Assembly (NCBI RefSeq): GCF_002571385.2
Contig: NW_019218142.1
Span: 102,209-166,208 of the forward strand
DNA: 64,000 nt
Direction: 5' to 3'
Source: Stylophora pistillata
Taxonomy: Eukaryota
Shown: positions 11,034 through 21,882 of the stretch, one piece after another
Position numbering within the stretch: the stretch's first letter is position 1
How the letters are laid out: each line of letters opens with the position of its first letter
Program-made: the position numbers and the translations under genes
The notes under the pieces: generated by a model
What the model saw: only the letters and a program-made list of their open reading frames with translations
What the model was told of the DNA's origin: nothing
Database searches by the model: none

Positions 11034-14000
11034 TTATCCATTGTGTGCAGTATGTGATCCAGTACTTGTTCCAGGCCCTGCATTACCAGAAGAAGACTGT
11101 TTGGGAACAAAACTTGTGAAAACCTTTCCATTGATTACGAAGGTATCCTCCGTTTTGGGGATATCCCTAGAAAAAAAGAGAACGAAAATAAACACTTATT
11201 TTACAATGAATAATAATAATAATAATAAAAACAACTAAATGTTTTTTATGGTGGAACTCCACCAGCTCGAAATGCTAAAGGATCAACTTCAAAACTGGGC
11301 CTGTGGTTGCACATTTTGCAAAACTGTTAGTTGATTTCGCCCACAAATGCTCTGTCGTCCTTTGGTTTGAGTTGTGATACAGTTTCTGAGCTGATATGCG
11401 ATTTGAAGCTGGGTTAGCTGCAGGAGAAGTATGTTTCAGAAACCATAACTTTTTTAACTCCACCATAAAATTGCATACAATTATGACACAACATGCGTTT
11501 TTAAATTCCCCCCAAGAGTATCCTGAAAGTTCGAATATTGTCTTCATGTGTACTACAAATTAAACCATGCGTGCCGCCATTTTGAATCAGCTTAGCAGCC
11601 TGGCTGCTCCTATTCTTCCCCTGTAATCTAGTTTCACAAATGGAAGCTACACTGAGAGGAATTCTTTACTCTAGTGATAAACTTTGCCATGAAGAAACAG
11701 CACATTTAAAGACAGTTTTTAACAGTTCAATTATTCTTTGGAATCTCAAAACGTGATAAGTAGTAAATTATCATAGTTTCCTTTTGATGACCTTTTCAAT
11801 TGCCTCAAATTTTGCTTCTCTTTAATTATTCTCTCGCCACAACTTTCATAATTCAAGGAGCTAAGGGCCCTAACAACTCCTAACATACAAGAGAAAAACA
11901 TTCGTACCGTGCTATACTGAAGCAGGGTGGTCTCCCTGTTTTACTCCGTTGCTTGACACAGTAGGAGCACAGACACCCCACGTGGGGATTTTCGCCATGA
12001 TCAAGTGCAGACCGACCACAGATCACGTTCCGGACAAACTGTATATCCATTTGAAAAGTGGGCTTCACAATATTCTTTGCAAAGCGTTTGGCATCCAAGC
12101 CAATCAACTGAGTAAAATAAAGATATTTCAGTGAAAATAATGGAGAATCAAAAAACGAATCCTTCGTAGGAAAATGGTTTTGGAAAGGACCACAACAAGA
12201 TATCGTACGAACCCAAGGCAAATTGGAGTTGAGTATCAGACCGTTTAGTAGTAATCATTATCATCATCGTCGTTACCACCATAGTAACAATGATAACGGT
12301 AATAGTGTTGTATTGACCCAGTAAAATAAAAGTTTTGTTCTTGTTGTGGCAGATGGTAACCACGAAATTCAACGGGGCGTTTAGATGTGGACCAAGAAGC
12401 GTAAAAGAAAAAATGCGATATTGCTTGAAAACAACTATTTGTTACGATCAGAAAAATATCATTATGAATTAAAATCGATTCTGAGCGAATATTTTCTCAA
12501 GCTATCTGTTTTGTTTTTCAGAATACTTACATATCTTTTGTAATCAGTTTGTTTTCTCAAATCTCTTGTAATCCTGTCCGAGCGCATAGTGGAGGCCACG
12601 ACCTGGATCGCGTCACTGAATGAGGGGTTGATATATTCCTTTAACAATTCCTTTATAACCTTAGGTCTTTCCTTATCTCTTTTCATTTTCTTTGGATCAA
12701 TAGGTGTTGGTAAAATGACGGCCTGTGCCAAAGCGACTTCCTCTGATAAAGAAGTGTCAGATCGCAGTGAAAGACCCTTACGGATAATACGTAGACGCTT
12801 GTTACGCTCAAAGTCACGTGCTTTGTCCATTGCCTCATCCAATATAATTGACTTGAACGAAACAACAACAACAAAAAAAATGCATGAATAAGAGAAAATA
12901 GAGGAATTTACTGTATAGAAAAGGGTACAATTTCATTTTGAGGACGTGGAAAAAAAAATTCAGTTTGACCTGCCAAAGAGGCGTTTTTTAGACGTTTTTG
13001 AGAAGATTTGAAAACGTGCGGATAGATTAGCGGTCCTTCACCTCCCCTACCCTTCGCGCTAACCACGCCCTTGGCTTAGCTCCCCTTGTAACGCTAAAAA
13101 GATTACACTTGCTCCAAAGTTGACAGATAGTCATTAGAAGTGTTAGTTGTATGTTGTGTTGTTGTTCCCCTTCATCTATCTTTCATTCCTCGTGTCCCCC
13201 TCCTTGGAATAATCTCTAGTGCGATAACCCAACCCCCCCCCCTAAAGAAAAAACGGCTGCTTCACAACATAAAAGTGCAGACTATGGTCTCATATATTAT
13301 TTATTTCATTTATGATCATCATCATCATCTCCAAACAGTTTGTATACATTCCAAAAGTTTCTGTGGTTACCTTTGCCAATAACACACTCTCCTCCAAGGA
13401 TTTCACTGTCATCTTCATTCGTTCCTTAATCACTCTTCTCTTCTCCCTGCTTCTATTAAGAGCCTGTTTATTCCTGACAAGGAATAAAGAGGCTCTTGAT
13501 AGAAGCAGGGAGACGAAGCTTTGGAGAATCTTAATAGAGGCTCTTAATAGAGACTCTTAAACAGGCTCTTAATAGAAGCAGGGACACGAAGCTTTGGAGA
13601 ATCACCAATCCACATGTGTGGATTGGTGATTCTCCAAAGCTTCGTGTCCACCAACCAGAGACTTGCCTGAATGAATTATTCAAAGTCAGACAACTTACCA
13701 CCTTACAATCGGAACTAAATTGTAAAATCTCAGTTGACACATCTGTCCTTATTTGATTACCGTACTTTGTTCTAACCTTTTCCAAATCCGTTGAAGATGA
13801 TGGACGGCTTGTCTGAGCAGGAGGCAGGGATGGTTCGCCTGCAGATCACACCATGCGTGTTATTACCAGAAAGATAATTATAAACTGACATTGTACTGAC
13901 TCATGAAATATAATAGCTACTTACATCAAGCAGTCGGAAGGCTGGTACAACCGTGGTGCTTATGTTGTATAACGAAAGATGTTTTGTCGCGAGCGAAGAA

Positions 14001-17000
14001 CAAAGGAAAAAAATCTTAGTCCCAAACGAGAATTCAAACCTCGGATTTCGAGCTTCAACGCTCTCTCACTCACTTTTCTACTTTTTATGTAGCATTCTCT
14101 TTAAATTGCAATCACCTGATCGCTCTTTAACATCATTCTCATCTCCTTCTGTAGCCTCCGTTGTTAAATGATTCCTACTGACGTAGATCACTTCAGCGGA
14201 CGAGCCCTCATTTTCTGAAGACAACAACGGCTCTTTGCAATCGTCGTCATCGTTGATTGTGATGGTGACGTCATCGCTGACAGCTACTGGTGTCTTGCAC
14301 GACTCAGAGGAGGAGTTGGAGCCACCTGTTTCCGTGGTAACCATGCTGTTCAGTTGACGACAGGCCGCTATATCACAAAAAATAGAAATCAAACAAACGA
14401 GATTGTATCAGTTCTTTTTAAAACCACACGATTGCCTTATTTCGATCCATCATCCAGGAATTTATTTAGCTGTCGATAAACTTATTTTACCTGAACTGTT
14501 TGACGATTGAGGGGGAGCCGCCTGCTTTTTGTCTGGTTCAACTTTAACCTCCACATCACTTGATGAGGAAGATCCAGAGGATTGCGGCATTTGCGGCATC
14601 CAAAAGCGCAGATAAGAATCCTTACGGGAGTCGATGAGGGTTATATAACTCAGAGAAGAACCAATTGTTTGGGTGGACAGTTGCGTACCGAAGGAAGAGC
14701 ACAGTGATGGCGCAGACATGGATGATAACGAGGCGGGCTGCGAAGAATCGGAGGCCTCCATATCTACTCGTACTTCTCGGCCGTGACCACCTGTGGTGAA
14801 AATGCACAATTCTAATCATTTCAATTAATCAATTAATGATTGCTTATGCTTGTTTTAGATCTAGAATTGATTTTATCGAGCTTTGCTTTACTTTTTTTTT
14901 TTCCTTACGTTTAAGTATACCTTTGGCCGGTGGATATTGAGAAACTTCCAAATTCAGTCGTACGTTTTTACCTTGTGGATCTGTGACAAGAATAACGAAC
15001 AGTTTTTTAGTGTTGTAAACCGAACAATGTCTGCGTTAACGCTTTTGGTCTTGCTTCATGTTATATCACTTATGTACACTTTACATCGCTTCATTTCTCG
15101 TCACAACACTTGACTTTAAGACTTCGATTCCAGCTGTTTGAACACCAAGGAAAACAAGTTAATACCCTTACGCTGTTATCAAGAAATTTTAGCTTTTTCT
15201 TCGGAAGTGTCAGTGAAAATATTCTTGAAATGACGAGTGAAATCGCTCCGGTTAGTTACATTCCTTTTCCTTCTAATTTGCGAAAAATCCCATGGTAAAA
15301 AATTAAAATCACTTGTCCACATCTACTGCAAACTGAAGGTTTTTTTTCGTTCGCTGTTTGTTTTACGCTCTCTTTCTCACTTTTCAAACATCTCTATCAT
15401 CCTTAAGTTCCAGGCTTTTTCATTTAAGACTTGCACTAGGTTTACCTTCCTCTTCTTCTTTCTTGTTTTTCATTTTCGATCCTTTCGGTTTTCTTTCAAA
15501 AATGATATCTTCATCAGTATCCTCCGCGATGGCCTGGAGTGAGGCTGATAACCGGACTCGTTCGGGATCGCCTCGATCTCGTCCAATTCTCTTCCTGCAA
15601 TTTTTCCTGTAAAGGTTTCGACCGACAATCACATCCAAACTCACTAGAAAACAAACTGGAATTAAAATTCCAGTCCACTAACAGACTCTCCCTCAACCAA
15701 CCAACCACGAGTCTGGGTTGACTGACTGGATATAATATTTTGAACATGTATGTTAAGTGAGCCTTTTCTCTTATTCAGATAATTTTTAAATGAAATGTGG
15801 TCCAACTGATGACCGATGAAAAAGATTGCTTACCAAATGCGATAAAACACAGCCCCAATCGCCAGAAACAGAAACATTCCTCCTATAAGTCCTCCAACGA
15901 TAATCAGGGAGCCATTGTCTGCTGGATCTTTAGTCTCAGTTTGGGACTCTAGTCTCCCTTTTTTCTTCTTTTTTATTTTTACTTTTCTTTCTTCATAGTG
16001 AGACTTGAGTCCATAATCCATGGCTGAGCCCCATCGGGGTCCAGCAGACGCCATGTTCCCGGGCTGAGTATTTCTCTCTTGTTTTTGTTCCGTAGATGTG
16101 CCACGCGGTTTGGATTCGCTGCCTTTTATCCTGGGGTGATCATCTGGTCGGTATGATTCCTCGTTACCTCGACCGGACGATTTCTGTCCAGTTTTTCCTT
16201 GGATGCCACTTTTGGCTACATCTTATTATTTGAAGAAGAAATTTAAGACTTGTCAGAATTGAACTATGACAACTAATATTTAATATTAGGTTGAGAAGAA
16301 TCTAAACTGATTGCTTAGTCTAATCTGGCTCGATGTCAAGATTAAGGTCATTTCTCTGAAACAAAATCTGTGCCGTGATTGGCCTAGCTCTCTGAATAGA
16401 ACCTGTTCGGTAATTGGCCCGGGTCACCTTCTAGCAGACCACACAAAAAACTGAAGTAAAACAAGTGGTCTCCACTGTTAAACTGAGACCCGAAGTTATT
16501 TCATTGCAGTTGAATGAACCGTTAAGGTACTGGATCATTTCTCAAAGATGATTTAAATTCAGTCTGAAGTTAAGTCTGAAAAAATGAGAGCCTATGGGTG
16601 ACACGTCATGTTTCCTTACACTTTCTAGTTGTTTTCACGAAATTGTAAGAAATAGACAACTTTTTTGAGAGACATGTTTCGGCATGCTTATGCCATCTTC
16701 AATCAATGAGTAACAGAACGTGAGTAGTTATATAACAGACAAGTAGATGAATAAAATATTTACAGTATAATGTAATACAAAAGCGGGTACTAATTACAAC
16801 GTGATAATTATTCATCTACTTGACTGTTATATAATTACTCACGTTCTGTTACTCATTGATTGAAGATGGCATAAGCATGCCGATGAACATATCTCTCAAA
16901 AAAATGTCTATTTCTTACAATATTTATCATACTTGCTACTACTACGACCTTATGGAATTTCACGAAATTCCTTTAACTGTTTCAATAGTCACAGATAATG

Positions 17001-20000
17001 TACTCAAGCCAGCTCTCCACCCAGGCGATAGACACAATGAGCGCTTTGGAAAGATCGATTGACTTTCCCTCTCATTGACAGAAGTTGGCATTCTGGTTTC
17101 TTGATATATAATCATCGACTTTCTCTTACCCGTACCAGGTGCTTTCTGAGAAGCTGCAGTGTCTCGTCCGCGCTTGATGGCTTCCTTTAAAAGGGATTTC
17201 AACTTTAAGTTTGATGGAAATTTTTTATCACTATCAGGATGCTCTAAGATGTCTTCATTGGCAGCTCTTCTCGTTATAATTTCCTCCCAGTTAGCATGGT
17301 TATTATTCGCTGCCGATTCCATAGACTTGATGTCTTCTAAATTTTCTATAATGGCCTGTGCATCGTCTGAAATTGTGCGGGGCGTCTTTCTGGTAGTAGC
17401 TGATGTGAAGACGCGCCCCCCAAGGACGGCAGAGTCAGGGCTGAGGGCCGAGTTATCTTGCCTCGAAGGTCTTGGTGAAGCTGACACTTGAAAGAGAACC
17501 CAAGGGTTTCATAACATGTTTGTTTTACACTTTCTGGTTATTCTCTAAAGTGTAAATATAACCTACGGCGATTTTTTTTTCCGTTTTTGTTTGTACGCTA
17601 TTTTCAATTTTACTGTATCACATCTGAGAGAGCAGACAGAAAACCAAATCAAATGCATTGAATCGACATTGGACTAATAAAGTTGGTTATGTTAAAAAAT
17701 GTTCCTCTGGCTCTCAACCATTCGGACTATGTTGCCGTAATTAAGGAAGAATCAAAATCTGATTGGCTGATAGCCGGAGATAATTGAGCATTGTCAAATT
17801 GTTTGAAAGATCCTAAAACTTAATAGATGATCCGCAATTGTTATCTTATACTTTCCAGACGTTTTATATATGGCATCACATGTAAAAGTATTTATACATT
17901 TTTTTCTTTCCTCTTAATCCAATATTTCGTGCGCAATATAGGATGAATAGAGGCGCCTTAGAATAATTTTAAACTTTTTCCCTCTATCCCTCTCTCCGCT
18001 AAACTAAAAAACGCCATAAGTGTGTTTTAGAAAGATGAGTACACGTACTTTCATTCGCATTAAGGTTTCCCAGTTTCTTACTGACCAATAATCCATAACA
18101 ATTTACCTCATATATAATATCTGGCTTCCTGAGTAAGTTCTTTTTCAAGTTTCAGGTTCACCCACATTAACTAGTAAAGATGTATACGTGGGAGATCCTG
18201 ACACTTAAAATAGAACTGCAAGTTTCCTGATCGACATGTATTCGTACACCTCGGTTGTTTTCAAATTGTATGTAATTTAGCATTCAAATACGCTTGTTCA
18301 AAATTCAATACAAAAATAGAAATTTTGGGTGCGCATAATAAGAAAGAATCGATGGCCCAACTCAGTTTCTTCTGATCCTGTTGTCTCTTCTGACTACCCT
18401 TTTAACACTGTTTCCACTAGAATGAATCGTTTCGAGCCCTGATGATTTTTCCACTAAAATCCACAAACTAATAATAACTTAATATTTATATTGTGCAAAT
18501 TAACATGTGGATATGATCAAATGCGCATCACAACAGTTTTCGGGGGACTTCGGCCGGACTGCATTAGCAGTTTACAGAAAAATCGAGGGAAACTTATTTG
18601 AAGATGCCCCCTCCCCCCAATTCCCAGTAAACAGGCCAGACCACATCACAGTAATCTCGTGAGTGGGTTCTTTAACGTCCCCTGCCTAACCATACTCTTA
18701 AGTTTCATCGAGATCCACGTTCTTTTGTAATGGATCCTATTGGGTTTTTNNNNNNNNNNNNNNNNNNNNNNNNNNNNNNNNNNNNNNNNNNNNNNNNNNN
18801 NNNNNNNNNNNNNNNNNNNNNNNNNNNNNNNNNNNNNNNNNNNNNNNNNNNNNNNNNNNNNNNNNNNNNNNNNNNNNNNNNNNNNNNNNNNNNNNNNNNN
18901 NNNNNNNNNNNNNNNNNNNNNNNNNNNNNNNNNNNNNNNNNNNNNNNNNNNNNNNNNNNNNNNNNNNNNNNNNNNNNNNNNNNNNNNNNNNNNNNNNNNN
19001 NNNNNNNNNNNNNNNNNNNNNNNNNNNNNNTCTTAATCCAATATTTCGTGCGCAATATAGGATGAATAGAGGCGCCTTAGAATAATTTTAAACTTTTTCC
19101 CTCTATCCCTCTCTCCGCTAAACTAAAAAACGCCATAAGTGTGTTTTAGAAAGATGAGTACACGTACTTTCATTCGCATTAAGGTTTCCCAGTTTCTTAC
19201 TGACCAATAATCCATAACAATTTACCTCATATATAATATCTGGCTTCCTGAGTAAGTTCTTTTTCAAGTTTCAGGTTCACCCACATTAACTAGTAAAGAT
19301 GTATACGTGGGAGATCCTGACACTTAAAATAGAACTGCAAGTTTCCTGATCGACATGTATTCGTACACCTCGGTTGTTTTCAAATTGTATGTAATTTAGC
19401 ATTCAAATACGCTTGTTCAAAATTCAATACAAAAATAGAAATTTTGGGTGCGCATAATAAGAAAGAATCGATGGCCCAACTCAGTTTCTTCTGATCCTGT
19501 TGTCTCTTCTGACTACCCTTTTAACACTGTTTCCACTAGAATGAATCGTTTCGAGCCCTGATGATTTTTCCACTAAAATCCACAAACTAATAATAACTTA
19601 ATATTTATATTGTGCAAATTAACATGTGGATATGATCAAATGCGCATCACAACAGTTTTCGGGGGACTTCGGCCGGACTGCATTAGCAGTTTACAGAAAA
19701 ATCGAGGGAAACTTATTTGAAGATGCCCCCTCCCCCCAATTCCCAGTAAACAGGCCAGACCACATCACAGTAATCTCGTGAGTGGGTTCTTTAACGTCCC
19801 CTGCCTAACCATACTCTTAAGTTTCATCGAGATCCACGTTCTTTTGTAATGGATCCTATTATTTTTTTTTTTTTTTTAAATGCCGTAAGAATGAAATAGG
19901 AGTAAAAATGGAAATTCAGCAATGGACTGTCCTCTAAGTGGCTTTTCTTGTCCGCTGTTTCCAGGTTGAATTGGAATTTAAATGTTAGTTTTTTTGTGGT

Positions 20001-20418
20001 GGAAGGAGACAAGAGGAGAGAACAAACAACAAACCCAACTTGTGACGCTAGGTTCGCAGGAATCGAAACACCATGGCTACAGTGCCGGTAGGTGAGCGCT
20101 CTCAGCATTATCCCTGCCCCACAGTGCACTAAAGTTTGATCGAGATCAACGCTCTCTGCAGCTGTTCTTATTGCTTTTCCCTATTGTTTGAAATGCTTTT
20201 TGTTTTTATTTTCTCATCAAATCATAATAGTTTGACTGTCAGTCAAACCTAAAAACCCCGATTGTTCTGACGTAAAGTGAAGCCGTTACACCAGAAAAAA
20301 GGCCGCGAACGAGCAGAACACGCGCAATTTCAAACTAAACACTATCCTTACCTTCTCTGACGCTGAAGCAAATCAGTATAAAAAGCAGAATACTGATACA
20401 AACTTTTTCCTTCTTCAT
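11034..20418 (-). CDS. Uncharacterised type I single-pass membrane protein, ~803 aa, 11 exons
   Basis: Exons 20418-20352, 17486-17130, 16221-15834, 15606-15446, 14790-14491, 14367-14116, 13838-13699, 13463-13371, 12851-12531, 12107-11908 and 11166-11034 all have GT-AG ends and compatible phases, giving one 2412-nt ORF. Signal peptide MKKEKVCISILLFILICFSVREVSA. TM LIIVGGLIGGMFLFLAIGAVFY followed by basic RIWKNCRKR. C-terminal Cys/His cluster. Confidence 0.75.
13444..13649. repeat. Local inverted-repeat complex containing a perfect 33-bp hairpin
   Basis: 13582-13614 is the exact reverse complement of 13617-13649 (2-nt spacer). 13559-13584 is the reverse complement of 13444-13469. Further partial copies lie at 13490-13557. 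Confidence 0.9.
16641..16921. mobile_element. Penelope-like element remnant forming an ~114-bp inverted repeat with minimal hammerhead-like motifs
   Basis: Arms 16641-16754 and 16808-16921 are near-perfect reverse complements. The minus-strand arm reads uUGAAGA-uGGCAU-aagc-AUGCC-GAAACAUGUC. Confidence 0.6.
17912..19860. repeat. 830-bp direct duplication on either side of an N gap (probable assembly artefact); includes a SINE/L2 tail fragment
   Basis: 17912-18741 appears identical to 19031-19860. The gap is at 18750-19030. Confidence 0.85.
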
Positions 20419-20660
20419 AATGGACGCCGAGTTAACCATTCGGTAAACGCAACATTCTCGCAAAGAAGAAATGAGTAACTAAACTTGTTTGACGTCATAG
20501 AGACTAATTACACTCATTAGTGACGTACAGTGTAAGAATGATCTTGCACGTGCACCAGCATGCACCAGGCGTGCGCACACCGCCTGAGCATGCGCTCTCA
20601 CTTGACCTGGTGATCTCAGCTACTAATTAGAACAGAGGGGAAACATCATCATCAACCAAT
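20419..20660 (-). promoter_or_regulatory. Putative promoter/5' region of the orphan membrane-protein gene
   Basis: Perfect CRE TGACGTCA at 20490-20497, a second TGACGT at ~20522, E-box CACGTG at ~20547, NRF1-like GCATGCGC at ~20588 and CCAAT at ~20656. Confidence 0.4.
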
Positions 20661-21882
20661 GAGAACTCAATAAAATATTCAGCCCCTCTAGAAAATGTAT
20701 CATACAGTTTCCTCTATTAACACAAGTTTTCTATTTGCAGAGCTTTCAAGCCTCGCACACTAAGCGTAAGACTCACGCAATCCAATTCAATCTCACGCTT
20801 TCACGTTGAAGCCGTTATTCCTCGCGCATTTAAGGCTTCTGATTTAAATTGTTGTTTTTGATACAGAAAACTGCTTTTGGAATCTGTCCGACTGAATCAT
20901 TTCTAAATAACCACTTTCCAAAATTACCACTACTTTACAGAGAATGATTCGCAATGAAAGACCGGGCAAATTTACGAATGAAATTATCGCATTCCTGTTA
21001 AAGATCTCGTAAGAAAAATTTAATAAATCACAAGGAGGGGGGACATAAAGGTAAAGTTGAGGACAGGTAGAGAAAATAAGAACACGCAAAAAACTTCAAA
21101 AAAAAGAAAAACGTCATTACATTTTTTATCGAAATAGCGTAGGAAAGTAATTTATGGAGTGCCTCACTATCAAGTATCATCAGCAATTGACCAGGCAATT
21201 GCTGAAGCCAATCATAACAAACTAAACGTCACAGGTAACCAATGAGAACTCAAAGTAGCCAAATGTCAACGCTATGAAGCGCGGGAAAACGCTAGTGTCT
21301 AAGTTGGCTTTGAATCTGATTGGTTCAGAAAATGGGACGGGTTTTCTAAACCAATCACAAAGCCAAGAAGAGTAAAACCAGTACGCTTCGGGATTACCTT
21401 CAACACTTGCAAGTAAAAAAGAAACAGGAATGCCGCCTCCCCTTTACAGATACACTAGAAAATTAAATTCGATGAGTTTCAGTGTTAAATCTCGATAATA
21501 ATTTTTCTCATTTTAACACCAATCTTTTTGTACATTTAACTTGCGTTGACAACCATTAATTTTCGTGAAATGGCTTGTTTCAAGGTATATTCTCTATTAT
21601 AACCATTCATCGACGTAAAAAAAATTTTTGTCTCTTTTCCTGAAATTAACATTACTGTTTAAGTTTGTTGCCCATCTTGCAGCCTTTTGCATACTTTCAT
21701 TCAGTCAAGACGCGTGCAGGATAGCATGCAGGTAGCCGTTTCCTTGACAACTGCTCCTACCGTGAGGCCGCTATGTGCAATTTTTCGCGAATCCGTCTCC
21801 ACTGATTGAGCACCTGGAGCAGGCGTCTTTTCTTGTCTTGTCTTAAAAATCTACCATTCGCACATAATCGCGCGCAGAGTTT

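Noticed and set aside
15834-15910. TM segment resembling syndecan/neurexin TMs
   Set aside because: No syndecan C1/C2 cytoplasmic motifs or EFYA-type terminus; the tail is over 500 aa.
16028-16045. GPRWG in the orphan ectodomain resembling an anthozoan RWamide precursor
   Set aside because: Single copy, and the Gly is not followed by a basic cleavage site.
18705-19065. ORFs containing long X runs (also 28532-28806)
   Set aside because: Artefacts of translating N gaps.
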